Below, in pieces: positions 1-13,529 of a DNA stretch of 64,000 nt; position 1 is the first letter of the stretch, and every line of letters begins with the position of its first letter. The DNA comes from Sphyrna mokarran (Eukaryota), in the NCBI GenBank assembly GCA_024679065.1, contig JAGIQG010000008.1, positions 43,400,001-43,464,000 of the forward strand, read 5' to 3'. The notes below the pieces were generated by a model. That model did not search any database, was not told the origin of the DNA, and saw nothing but the letters and a program-made list of their open reading frames with translations. The position numbers and the translations under genes were made by a program.

Positions 1-252
1 TAAATTAAGGGGTGATAGTTATAGGACGGATATCAGAGGTAGGTTCTTTACCCAAAGGGTGGTTCGGGAGTGGAATGCCCTGCCTGCAGCAGTTGTAGAT
101 GCGCCAAGTTTGGTGGCGTTTAAGAGGTTAGTTGATAAGTATATGGAAGAGAAGGGAATGGTTTAGTTTGGAGGGGCATTGCTTTTTATATTGGTCGGCG
201 CAACATCGAAGGCCGAAGGGCCTGTTCTGTGCTGTAATGTTCTATGTTCTAT
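1..252 (+). mobile_element. CR1/HER1-type LINE 3' end (young copy, continues beyond window start)
   Basis: End of ORF2 (RGRFFTQRVVREWNALP), 3' UTR hairpin ggccgaagggcc and (TTCTATG)n tail. Nearly identical to 18419-18670. Confidence 0.9.
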
Positions 253-830
253 ACACACCAAAATGGTTCAGGCCTCAACAGATCCTTTAGGCACAAAAGT
301 GGTCAAATTTATCCTGTAATCTCTTCCACTGAAAATCAGCACTTGTCATAGAATAGCAATGTATAGCAGCACTAGGTCAGGAAATGGCATACAGAAGACA
401 AGTGGTGAGGGAATTTGTAAGAGTGATTAGTTGACTTTTGTATGTAATATTGGATTTATTTCGTATGGTTGGTTTAGAATGGTTGTTTTGTGGCAGCTTT
501 TATTTCAACATTAAGATATTCATTCAGAAATTGTTGCAATGATCAATGACAGTTTGATTAATACTGAATGGGGAATTGACATTTTCTGAATTGATACTGC
601 AGTCAGGTGAGTCAGTTGTGGGCAGCATGGCCAGAAGGGAGAATGATGGTGACCTCTTCCCTTTCTCACTATACAACTGATGTAAACGCTGTGTCCTCAT
701 GATGATAATTTGTGCATTATACGACAGCCCATGATGAATTTTGACTTGTTCTAGCCAGATTAGAGAGTTAATCCAGAACATTCTAGGCAACTGAATTGTT
801 GCATTGGCATACTGGTTGCCATTCCATGAG

Positions 831-1208
831 GAGGCAGCGCTATAGTTGTACTGTCACTGGACTAATAATCTAAGAGTTTGGGTTATATTCTAGGTATAAG
901 GGTTTGAATCCCACCATGCGGATGGTGGAATTTAAATTCAATAAAAATCTGGAATTAAAGTCTGTTAGTGACCATGTTGATTGTTTTAAAACCCATCTGG
1001 TTTGTTAATGAAGGAAAACTGCCGTCCTCATCTGATCAGACCTACACATGACTCCAAACCTGCGGCAATATCCTTTGAAATGGCCTAGCAAGCCACTCAA
1101 ATGTATCAAACCACTCAGCACTTGTGGGTGTGCCCCAGTATTTGTGGTAATTAAGGATGGGCAATAAATGCTGGTCTAGCTAGTGACACCCATAATCAAT
1201 GAATAAAA
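831..1208 (+). mobile_element. tRNA-derived SINE with LINE-derived tail
   Basis: B-box-like GGTTTGAATCC at about 901-911. The head is shared with 30110-30410. The tail ggatgggcaataaatgctgg...atgaataaaa is shared with 36725-36787 and 55165-55215 (-). Confidence 0.7.
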
Positions 1209-1249
1209 TCAATGTGGCAGCAGCATTTGCATTATGTGTGTGTTTATCT

Positions 1250-3272
1250 ACATGTGCTCAACAGATTGCTCTTGTTGCTCGGTGTTCATCTTGTTGTGCT
1301 GGCTTGTGATAAACATTGTAGTCAGTGACCAGGGATTAGTAGGAACCAATTGGCTTCTGTCATCCCTTAGTTAGAAGGGACTCCTGCTGGATCATGTGCT
1401 GGATGTCAGGCAACTTTGTGACACTGGAGGCATTGAGAGAAGTGATGGTGAGATAGAGCTAGGAGTTGATAACATACATGTGGAAACTGATGTTGTGTTT
1501 GTGAATAACGTTACCGATAAGCAGCACGAAGATGAACTCTGTGGAGAGAGTGGGGGCAAGATTGCAAATAGTAAGAGGGGGGAGTTATTGCAGGTAATTA
1601 TATTCTATGATTATAGCGTTCAGAACAGAACCTGGCAGGTGCAATCCCATCAGTCTGATGTTGGAGGGAGATGTGGTTAACAAGGTTGCGGAGGATTGAA
1701 TTTAGTTTATCTTTGGTGGAAGGTGAATTTGGTTTACCTTTGTTACAAATGCACAGGAAGACACTTGTAAATTTCATAACAGCCATTTAAGTCTTTTGCT
1801 AGAGGTTGAAACCTGATGGATTCAGACATGGAGTTCCAGGAAAGATTAGTAAGAATTTGGGAAGTGACAACACGTTCAAGGACTTTAGAGAGGTGGTTGG
1901 GGGGGGGGGGGGGGGGGAGGGGTAGTTTACTAGGCTGGAGGCTTCAAGACTGTTTTTTTGAGAGAGGAGTGATGGCAGCACATTTAAAGAAAGGAGGTTA
2001 AATCCCGAGAAAAAAGAATTACTAACAATATTAGCTGACATGTGCGCCAAGAGAGTAAATTAAGTGATCGGTATATTAGTAGAAATAGGATCGAGAGAGA
2101 AGGAGGTGAGTCTCCTGTACAAGATGAGACCTGAGAATGTATGAGGTGACATAGGTGAAAAAGATGCATGTCCAGGATTAGGGCAGAAACACCCTAAAGA
2201 ATATTTGACTCTGCGCTGCAGGAAGGGAGGGATTTTGAAAGTCCATTTAAATGAATTTTTTATTTCCAGGACAGAATGAAGCTAGACTTAGGGAATAAAG
2301 AAGCCAGTGGAGAGGGACTTTGCACTTTGGAAGATATCAAAATGAGTAGGTCATTCATTCACTCGAGCTTGTTTCACACTAAATGAGATTGGATACAAAG
2401 AAAAGATCAAAGATTGATACTGTGGGAGAGCTGAGGTTGTGAGATAGCAACATCAAAGGTATAGCTGTCTATATTCATTTGAAACTTTATATGTAGGGTG
2501 TGATTGGGAGAGGCTAAGTGGCTAGTGAAGTCATGAGAAGACGGAACATAATGAATTGAGATTAAAGATGAATTCACAAATGTGAGAAGTCACTCACTGC
2601 AGAGGCCAAAGGATAAAGCAGTGAAGATAGCTCGGTGAGAAAACTGGCATGGTATTTTGGAAAGCAGGAGAGAACGAGGTTCTGAAATGAAAATGAGAAG
2701 AGTAGAGCAAGGCAAAATGTTCAAAAGAGAAATTGCCAGAGGAGTAACAGATGATTTAATAATAACACTCACACTGCCAAGTGACAGTCTAGTTGAAGTA
2801 AATGATGGAAAGGTATAGCCAGGTAGGAAGCATCTCCCTCAGTCAGGTTTCTGTCAAGGCCATAATGTCTTTTTTTGAGAGAGAGGTGATGGCAGCACAT
2901 TTGAAGAAAGGTGGTTAAATCCCGAGAAAAAAGAATTACTAACAATGTCAGCTGACATGTGAGCCAAGAGAGTAAATTGAGTGATTGGCATGTTAGTAGA
3001 AATAGGATCGAGAGAGAAGAAGGTGAATCTCCTGTACAAGATGAGACCAGAGAACGTATGAGGTGACATAGGTGAAAAAGATACATGTCCAGGATTAGGG
3101 CAGAAACACCCTAAAGAGTATTTGACTCTACGCTGGAGGAAGGGAGGGATTTTGAAAGTCCATTTAAATGAATTGCGGTAGAGTTTTTATTTCCAGGACA
3201 GAATGAAGCTAGACTTGGAGAGGGAATAAGGAAGCGAGGGACTTTGCACATTGGAAGATATCAAAATGAGTA
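1250..3272 (-). mobile_element. Decayed L2-type LINE (RT region) with an internal duplication
   Basis: Minus-strand remnants HNISFHMY..(DD).LYLT at about 1445-1500, and SLDPI...ADIVSNSFFSG...KK..L at about 2870-3020. Confidence 0.65.
1953..3272 (+). repeat. ~400-bp direct duplication: 1953-2348 and 2870-3272
   Basis: Directly alignable, for example gtgatggcagcacattt, aaatcccgagaaaaaagaattactaacaat and ggaagatatcaaaatgagta in both copies. Confidence 0.9.
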
Positions 3273-6215
3273 CAATAAGTTTTTGGATGGCAATCTCACA
3301 AGTGAAGGAACATTTGTTAGTTATGAGGTTTACAAGATTACTATATTTTGAAGTTGGTGACATTGAATTGTAAATATTGTGCTGTAGTCTGTCAATCTAC
3401 TTCTAAGATGAAAGAGAATTGGGACCAAGGATAATTAGCATTTCAACCAATATGCAAGGTTACTGTGTTTTATATTGCCATGGAGAACAGGGCAGAGGGA
3501 ACTATCTCTGTGACCAGATTACAGACTTCCCTATAAATCAACGTATATCAAAGATATAGAAAAGCTGCTCGACTTTGCAAGTTACTAAACTTAGTTGTGA
3601 GAAAAGGAGTGTGTCTCTGGTTGTAGAAACATATCCTGTAACCTCCTATGGACTCCAATAGACTTGTTTTGGCACAGCCAATGGAAAGAGGAATTATTTA
3701 ATTAGGTTCACTGCTGGTGGTGGATATAAGAAATTGTCTGAAAATGGAGGAAAATGCCTGAAAACAGTCACTCAAAGTTATTACTTAGCGAAACGGGGAT
3801 TCAGGAGTCCATTGGCAACTAGGAAGCAATTGTGGACTGTTTTGCTAAAAGAGCTGAAATTCCATTGTAACTTACAATGTATGTTAACACAAAGAGACAA
3901 ATATTCCCCTCTGTTGTTTAAAATGCAAGTTTCTTACAATCATATTTCACCAATCATATTTTTAATCATTTGTTACAGTAAACATCTTTAAAATGTCAAA
4001 TCTTGATGCAACATTCTCCCAGCTATTAACTGGAAGTTTGAATTTCTTTTAATAGTTATCAGTCTCAAAACGACAATAACACGTTGTGGACGGCAATGTA
4101 TAGAGGAACACCAAGAATTGATCCACTGTTTATTTAGTTTTAAGATAAAAGGGAGCTATAATTTCAGCACTTAGACAAGTGAGGTGGACAGGGAGAAAAT
4201 TGGTGAAATCAGCGCCCCCAAGTCAGTAAGCTGGATGGGAAATTGCAACAGAAAACTCAGCTTTTCTACAAACTCAGCATGAGCCAGCAGAAACTAATCA
4301 GCAACTAATCTAAGTAGCTGATGATCTCTTTAAATAACAGTGATAGGGCTCTTTGCTGCTGCTGAATACATGTTTGGCTGTGTGTTTAGGAAAGTATGTT
4401 CACTGGAGTATTGAGGTTGGAAATGCAATCACTGAAGTCAAATTAATGTTACGTACTCTGACATCATCTTCACTATTGATATACTTTTAACACACACACA
4501 TCCCTAAAGCACATGCTAATATCCTGGCCAAAATGGCATCCATCTTTTTCTGTGTCTGAAATGTATGCATACGGTGCCAATGCTATATTTTGTGTTCAAA
4601 ACTCTGCTGATAGCGCTGAAAAATTTGGTGTTACATAACTGAATTTGCTTACCAGGTTTTTTTTAAATGTGAAGATTTTTCCACTTGCTGACTGAAGATA
4701 ACACTGCAGTTAGTTTTCACTTTCCAACCATAATGTGATTACTGGAATGTTTTGAGGTGTTATTAAAGTGTGATTCATAAGATTTGATTAAAGTATTTTT
4801 CAAAGAAGACAAAGTTCAATGCAAAGTTCTGAACTACATTGCTTATGCTTTCCTTTCTGATCACCTTTTTGTGGCAGTAAGTCATTTACAATATGAGATG
4901 TTTGGATTGCTTCTTATGCTCTGAAGGTAAAGAGCTCTACCCCTGAAAGAACCTTTTCAGTATTACTGAGATACTGCTAGCAACTAGCACTCAAAATGCC
5001 TTTGGCTCAGAAGTATTTTGATGGGGAGTTAGAAACTGCTGCCTGTGTCAACTAATCAGATAGACAACTATATCTTTACATACTTTTGTGTCACATATGT
5101 CTACAGATCACTCATTGTTTACTGATGTAAAAAAAAGCAATGCCAATCATTGCTTATTCACATAGATATTTGGAAGTCTGACTTTTAACATATATAATTA
5201 AGTGATAATTTGTCTATCCAGTATGTATGAGGCAATATATGACTCCCAGACTGATTAAATACCAAGGTCACAGACCTGAACTGGTAGTAATTCTTCATAA
5301 ATACTCTGCTTTCTTCCCCCCTTCTCCCACTTTCCTTAAGGTATTTCAGGAGCAGCAGTTACTCTCCAGTACTTTTTCCAAGTTACCAGCCTTCATATAT
5401 GAAAACTATATCTCAGTAGGTTTTACAAACCTAAGAAAGTTTTTCCTTCTTTTGTCTGGCCCTCCACTCTTCTCTCCATTCTTCTCCTGATTTGGCTCAT
5501 GCTGATTCTGGCCATCAGTTATCTTTTTCAAATAGCTATTCTTCACGTATCAGTCTGGATCCTGTTTCCCTTAAGGCACAAATGTGTCAAGCATGGAGGT
5601 ACCTAATATTAACATTCTCAAAAATAAATCTTCATGGTAGCTTCGCAATCCTCTTCCCTTTTCAGTTCATTACTAATGGAAATTCAAGGACGAAATTTTC
5701 CTGGTCAATGATAGAGCAAGGTAGCAACCTTAAGTAACTCATTATCTGACTTCTCACTGCTCACTTGATAGTCAAAAATTATATTGTGAAGGAAAATGGC
5801 AGCCAGTATGAGATCATCATCACTCCCAAGTTCCCACACCATGCCGATTTTTACATGTATTGCAATTCCTTACTGTTGGTGGGTCAAAATTCTACAGTTT
5901 GCCACCTAATAGCACTGTGGAAATGTCTTCTTCACAGATGCTGTAGCAGTTCGAAGAGGAGTTTACTATCATCTTCTCAGGGGTAATTAGAATTGACGTT
6001 AGATGGCCACACACCAAGGATATTTGATTTTTGAAAAACATGTTCAATAAAAGCTGGGATTGTATTTGTATCTGCAGTATTTGAGGAACAAAAGTGAAAC
6101 TCCAGCAATTTATTACCAAAACGTACTTTATGTGGCCAAACTACACATTCGCAGCATAAATAAAACTTTCTGCTCTTTCAAGATTTGGAGATATCGGCAT
6201 TAGACTGGGGGTGGG

Positions 6216-6394
6216 CACAGTAAGAAGTCTCACAACGCCAGGTTAAAGTCCAACAGGTTTATTTGGTAGCACGAGCTTTCAGAGCACTACTTCTTCATCA
6301 AGTGACTCATCTGATGAAGGAACAGCAGTCCGAAAGTTCATGCTATCAAATAAACCTGTTGGACTTTAACCGGATATTGTGACTTCTTACTGTG
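6216..6394. mobile_element. Palindromic non-autonomous Penelope-like (PLE)-derived element
   Basis: Arms of about 88 bp are reverse complements (cacagtaagaagtc...gacttcttactgtg; ggttaaagtccaacaggtttatttg / caaataaacctgttggactttaacc). Each arm carries a hammerhead-like core. Confidence 0.75.
6308..6342 (+). ncRNA. Minimal type I hammerhead ribozyme motif (partly decayed)
   Basis: CAT-CTGATGA-AGGAACAGCAGTCC-GAAA-GTTC-ATG: intact CUGAUGA and GAAA boxes, an imperfect stem II, and a 3-bp stem I (CAU/AUG). Confidence 0.55.
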
Positions 6395-7519
6395 TCCTTC
6401 AAGAGCTCAGTTGGTAAATGCACAATTGATTGAGCACATCATATGATAAAGAAGAATTTTAATCTGTATTACATTGCTGATCTCAGCTGAGACGCCAGTG
6501 GGGTTACAGTTGTCCAATTGTCAGGGATGTCCAACTTCTAACGCCTAGCATCACTTACACTCCAAGCCTTAACATAAAAAGCTCTTAATTTAAGCTGATA
6601 ACTTACACAGTTGTTATTCAAAGGGCACTCTATTTGTATAACTCAATGGCTTCAGTAGAAAAGCCAAAAGAAAATGCTTTTGAGAAATTAAATGAATATA
6701 AACCATCAAATCTATATTGACATTAAAAATGTGCATTACTTTGTCCTTGCATTAGTGAAAATGAAAAAACTTATGTTTTGTTGGAAGAATGTGTCCAAGT
6801 CATAGTGATTTTCAATAAGCTATGCAGCACAACATATTAATTTTGTGACAAAACAAACCACACTATCTGTGGGAATTTTACCTAATATATCTTGATTTGA
6901 ATGAGGAATTTCAATTGTAGTAGGAATTTGGCTGCTTCCTATCTGTACAAATGATGTGAGTTAACATTAAAGTGTATTAGTTTAGCTCTGACCTGATCAA
7001 TTAAAATCAATGTGGAAAAGCATGTCTCCACAGATTGGTACTTGTGGACTTCCACTCCACAAAAGACCAAAATATCAAAGAGAAAATAATGTAACTTCAC
7101 ATCACCTGGTGGCCATTGAGATTTACAAAAATCATTTTGCACACTACAAAAATTGATCAGCATTAGAAGTAATTTTCATTATCTTGACATTTAAAATTTA
7201 TTGGTTGCTTCCCCTTCAGTTAATTTTGCAGCAATATAAGATTTTGATCTCCTTGGTGAATTGCAGGCCATTTGGATACAGGCTTTAATATAGATAGATT
7301 TATGGACAAGAGACCAATTTAATGGTCTTCCCTTTTCACAGTTCTTTAAAATACCATCAATTTGGTTTAGTATGGACAACAATTCAAGCAAGGAAGGAAG
7401 AGGGATGTTGGAGATGCCAGTAGCTTACAAGGAAAGAGGGGTGGAGGGAATTTTTTTTGAGCAGTGTCAGCGGTGGTTTTGAAAGTGAAAGGCACACCTC
7501 CAGAGAATCTAATGGTCAT

Positions 7520-8693
7520 TAAGGGCAGGAAACTTGCTGTCCTTATCAGGTCAGGCTGATACATGACCCAGGCCTACAACAACTCTCACTGTTCTCAGAA
7601 ATGACTTAGAAACTACTTAATTGTATCAAGCCACTATGAAGAATAAAACTGGATGGTCCACTTGGCTGCAATCAAGGCATCAAATTAGGATAGGATGAAA
7701 AGATGTCCAGTCAATTCTGTAAAATTCTCCTCACTAACATATGGTGCCTAAAGTTGGAAGAGCTATCCATACACTAGTTAAACAATAGCCTAATATAGGT
7801 ATGATTCTGAGAGTATAACCATCAAAACATCACAGACTCTGCCATTACCATTATTAGGTGCGGCCCATCAGGATGACCTAAGATGGAACAAAGTGGTATG
7901 TAGTCTGGTGGGAGTGACCTTGTTTAATATTCACTTAAGATTTCATGCAATCTCAATCCATCAGGTCAAACATAGAAAATGAAACCTCCTGCTGATTACA
8001 ATCTACTGACTTCCCTCAGCTCATCATTCAGTACTCCTCCATGTTGAACATCACTATAAAGAAGCAGGGCATATCAACAGCTCAGGACATGGTCTGGGTT
8101 GGTAACTTCAAAGTCTACCACCAAGAATGATTCATTAGTATCACAACTGGCCAAGTCCTGATGTACATAGCTGCAAGATTAGATTTACAGCAGGAGATGA
8201 GAACACCAATGCAAGGGAAAAACCTAATTGACCTCATCCACTTCAAAAATACTTGTCATAGAACATGACAATATTGGGAGGAGGGACGACGCAGAGTCCT
8301 AGTGGAGGAGAAGTTCCGAAGTTGCACTGAGAAGATCTTTCATTATGCTGTGTGGCACTATCAATGTCACATTAATTAGATTGATTAAGAACAAATCTAA
8401 CAGTTGAAAACTGGGCATCATTATGTGCCACAGAAAATAAGGAAGATCAGAATTAATTATATTCCAGCATAATTTTATGAAGTATACATATCAGTCCTTC
8501 ATTAACCCAGATGAAGTTATGAGGAAAGTAGATGAGCTCCAATCATGGATACAAGAGCTGAAAGTGAAGTGAAAGGAAGTACTCTTGACTGCAATGCAGT
8601 GTTTGAGCATAAAACTGAAGTCATCACTGAGGAACAATTTAGTGGCTAGAAATATACTTGGCAAAAAAAAAATGGCTGTGGTTGATGAAGGCC
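7520..8693 (+). mobile_element. Decayed CR1-group LINE (5' UTR, AP-endonuclease and RT fragments)
   Basis: Remnant LLTNI..VPKLEELS..LVKQ.P at about 7727-7795, related to 30520-30650. RT-like remnant at about 8540-8693. Many stops and deletions. Confidence 0.55.
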
Positions 8694-9114
8694 TAACAAC
8701 TAAGTTTTATAAATGTAAGAGCTAAACTGATTGAAGAAATGGATTAGGGCAAAGAAACCCTGACTGGAAGGAATGGGGCAAGAAGCACCTGTTTAACAAA
8801 TGTTCTTAATCTCAGTGCAATAGATAATACTGGAGCTCTTTTCAATGAAAAATGAACTTCAGAAAGTGGAAAAGATAAATAGAAGAAAAGCTTCTTGCAA
8901 CATCAAGTGCAACTATGTTCATTTTTTAAAATTAGTTTATTTGTTTTCACATATAATTTTCCTCATTTTTGAAAAATTGTGTGGAAGGATTAGTAGGCTG
9001 AATGAACTTGTTGAACCATAGCTTGTGGACAACAAGTCTCAGAGTGGGACTTGTAACTGATGCTTCTGGCTCAGGCAGGGGTGCTATCTAGTGAGGCACA
9101 AATTCTCAAGCTCA

Positions 9115-9665
9115 GAAATTTGGTCGACAATGAGAAGGATAGTGATAGACTTCAGGAGGACTAAAAAAATTGATGAAATGGATAGGCGTAGGGCAGATTA
9201 AATTTGTTGTAGAGAACATACATTTTGCCTGGAAAAATGAGGGAGTGGAGGCAATACGAACGAAACAGCGCAAAGATTTGTTCTAATGGTACCAGAGATA
9301 AGAAACATCAATTATGTGGAAAGATTGGAAAGTGAGATTATTCTCCATGAAATAGAGAAGATTAAGAAGAGACTTGATAGAGGCATTCAAGATCATGGAT
9401 GATTTTAATAGAATAAATAAGATTAAACTATTATTAGCAGCAAGAGAGTCAATAGCCAGAAGATACAGTTTTAAAGCAAAAAGAGATTGTGAGGAAAGCT
9501 GGTTTTTAAACACAGCAAGTTTCTATCATCTAGGATGTACAGTCTGATGGAGCAATGGAAGTAGATTTAATGAAGAATTCGAAAGAGAATTGAATAAATA
9601 CTCAAATACATTTGCAGTAACTGATTGAATAACACTGCTGAAAAGAACTGCTCTATGATTCTATG
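9115..9665 (+). mobile_element. Old CR1 LINE 3' fragment
   Basis: Remnants RLQED...KW and LFSMK.RRLRRDLIEAFKIM, ending in a ctatgattctatg tail. Confidence 0.7.
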
Positions 9666-12600
9666 GAAAAAAAAAACAAGGATATGTTGGGAAACTTTTT
9701 TTGAATGAAGTAGGAATGCTCTACCAGAAATAATTTTGAAGCTGAATGGATATTAGCTTTGAAAAGAGAAGTGGATAAACATTTGAAAAAGATCTAAATA
9801 AAATAGAGAAAGGACAGCCGAGCAAATGCAATGGGCTGCATGGTCGTCAGCTGTGAAATTCAACAAAATTCCTCCAGTCTCCCACTGTAACATCTGCGAA
9901 AGGTCATCAGAAATCCCTCAGAAGTAGCAGAAATGGCCTTTTTTAAATACGTATTAACAGAGTGCATTAATACTGTACTGAGCCTCTGTGGATAGTCTAT
10001 GCTCATTAAACTAGTTGATAAAAAAATGACAGACCTGAATGCCAGGTCAATAGCATCTCAAATCCCTTTTCCAGGGAAAGTTTAATGGTTTTGATTGCTT
10101 TTGTACAAGATTATTTGCAAGTAAAGGCTAAAGACATCCTTCATGTAGTATCATAAAAACCTTGGAAAAAAAATTTAAGGTGGCAAAATACAGGCATTTG
10201 ACTTCAGACCAAGGAAGCTTTTGCAAGCTCTGATTTTCAGGAATACCAGAAAGATATTTGACCTTTGGTTCTCCCAGCTGAGAGCATAAATATTGTGCAC
10301 TTTCTGAAATGACTTGTTTGCTGATTTTGTTAGACATGCATAGAAAAAAAAATTGCTCTGCATTTTCCATTTGAATGTCTTTAGGACTACAGACTTGCAT
10401 TACAGATTATGATCATAATCCTTACTTGATTAGCATCCTGTATTCTCGATTATGAAGTCAGTACAAAAGATTCCACTTCAGATCAGTATCAACACCTTTC
10501 AGGCACAAACCAGTCAAGGGCAAAATCATTCAGTAAATGGGTCAAAGGAACTGCCTGGATGATTTGTCATCAGCAGTCAACTTCTGAGTGAAATCATCAG
10601 TAATGAACATTTGATCAGCTGTTTACAAAATAAATTTTTTCACAACAGGCACATACATACACATACTGGAACATTAAAAGAGCGACATGGAAATTGGGCA
10701 CAGAGGGGAACTTTAGAAACCGAAAAATATATTAATTCCCTACCAAAAACATAGCACTATTTCTTAGTAATAAACAACCTGGAGTTAACTAAAGATCTAT
10801 ACTTGTAGAACTAGCAAACATTTCCAAATGCAAGGTACTGTTGGGAAAAAATTGAATCATGGTAAACATTCCGAAGTAGTAACAACTGGAGGTGAAATTC
10901 TTGCCTTCAACAAGAAGAAAAATGTGACTAGAAAGGTAATAATTTCAAAATAATTTAAACAGAAAATGATGTCTAATTATCACTGCTAAGTAATGTGTTT
11001 AAAGTCAGCACTTTCCTAAAGGTCAAATACCAACATTTTTATAAAAATTAGACAGGAATTTCAGTCACTAGGTTATGAAGTGATTAACCAAGTGTGATAA
11101 GAGGGCAGAATGCCAGCCTATGTGAGAGATAATTTCCTCTAGGTCACAAGGTCTAATAGCTGTTGCATAAAAACTCAGCAAGGTCAGAGTTTGATTGTTT
11201 GAGGTTTAAGGTCCCAAACTTTGATTTTCTCTCTCTTTAAGGCACTTTAATAATACCACTTCTGACTGTAACATTCTCTGACATTACTGCCATTAATTAG
11301 AATATCTGAGGTATGTTAAACCAACAGTCATCAATCATTTTAACTTAATCTCATAAAAGATGCATGACCCTGCAGCTTATTCAAAGATGTTCGGTTTCTC
11401 CCAGTTAAGATGGAAATTTGAACTGGATGATCCCCAATTCATATTTTATTTTACATTCTCTATATAAATATTTAAATTATAGCTGCTTTTTACAAACTAT
11501 TGCCTAAAAGTCTAATCTGAATGAAATACTTAAATAAAAAGGGAAACAAAACACTTCACCCTAGTTAAGCTTTATTTCAAAAGGCAGAGTGCATGGTGCA
11601 ACTCAATCTGAAACGGATAGGCAAGCATGTTGAGGCCATTGGCATCCACTGTTACATTAAATTGTCTGTATTTTGTGGAAGAACAGAAATTCAGAAAATA
11701 AAACAGATTTCCCACTCACTTTCCTCAATTTTGACAGATCCCAAACTGATGACTGTGATCCTCAAAATCTACCCTTAAAAATAAAATATGAAGAATATAT
11801 AAATCTGCCAATCAATGAAGAAGGTAAGTTAACTAAATTAATTCAAATAACATTTGATGAATCTTATCAGTCACTACACTTCGGATTCTCATAGTGCTGA
11901 AAATAAGTTTTGCAGTATAATAACACCAAATAAAAAGTAGCAAAATTTCCAAGGAAAGGAAATTGTGCGGTGCTATTTCTTGTTTTTGAAGTATTTGTGT
12001 TACAAGTCTTCAATTTGTCTTAAGTATTCTGTTAACTATTGACTCCTGTAACTAGTCAGTGTGTCTTACGTTCAGGAATGTGCCCAAACTGACAATACTT
12101 AATTCTATGGTAGCAAAACCAAAGGATGTAACACAGCTTAATCCAGTTTAGTTTTATTATCAAAGAGTGATCTGAACTGAGTATTGACCTGGATCTTTCA
12201 TTCAGTGATGAAGGATTACCCTTACAGTTCACCTCATGGAAAGCTCATACAAAGATTTGACAAGTTTACAGCAGAAGATTTCCTGTCATCAGTGGCTTTA
12301 TTTTCAACCTATGGTCAGGAATCTGAGACCCAGACAATTTCCAGGTCCTGCTCATCAAATATAAATGCCCTAATTTGGCTGTATGCAAGCTTGGTGCCCA
12401 GTTAATGATGCCTGAAAACTAGCAGCAGGTGGAAGCTGCCTGTAGACTACAAGCAGCCAAGACCATGGCCATAATGGGACCTGCCAATGCCTTGCAGAGT
12501 AAGTAGCACATCAGAGGGCCAGCAGTCTCACTCCATCTAATAGCAGCCAAACAGCCAATAAAAAGGTGCTGTGATTGATTTTCAGCAAAATCCCCAGCAC

Positions 12601-13529
12601 CAAAAATTTGGCATTATATAAAAAAAATTATTTGCGTGTCCCAGCGTTGAACCTGACAGCTTATTGTACACCAGATATGAATTGAAAGTGTCCTTTGTGC
12701 CCTCTCCAGCCCATTAACAAGCTTTTCAAGGAGCTTAACAGACATATAATTAGAGCTGAGTTGGTTCCCAACACTTCCTACCCCCGCCCTCACTTTAAAA
12801 ATTCCAACACGTCCCAGAGCTTTGGGACACCAACACATCATCTGAGAGTTATATTCACAACACACCCACTCCAGTTCCCATCCCCACTAGCAAGTAAAAA
12901 TATTAACCCAGGATTGTTCGGAGAATGCCACTTCAAGGGATCAGGTCAGGTGACCCAGGTTACAAGTTCCATCCCGGGTGGAGCTTGCCAAGCTAGTTTT
13001 GTGCTGCCTGTGCTAGAGAATAGATGCATTAGTAAACAGTTCCAGCTGATTTACTTTCACTTACTTCAGGGTCTTTGACTGGTGCATATTCAATCTCATA
13101 TATAATAAAGGTGTCTTTTTTAATTCATTCGTAGGATGATCACCTTTATTGATTTGGGATCTAGAGCTAGCCTTGGCATAGCTCTAACTCAGCAAAAGCA
13201 TTAGTGTCCAGCTTCTTGGTTTACAACTGATATGAGAGAGTGAGCAGGATGATGCATCTAATCTATCAAAAGAAGAATTTTTAGGTAAAGGGACCCTGAC
13301 CAGGGTCAGAATAGTTGAACTGTACATGAAATTGTATGATAGCAGCGACCACAGGAATGAAGTGGAGACCTGAGAAGGCTGATCTCCAGGTCCTTCGCTT
13401 TTACCTAAAGATTCTGATGTGGTTTCTGAGGGACTGGAGCAGGTGATATTTCCTAGGAGAAGTAAACCAGCATCTCATACTAAGGAGATGCACATGACAG
13501 TGGTTCAATGAGATAAGTATATATAAAAT

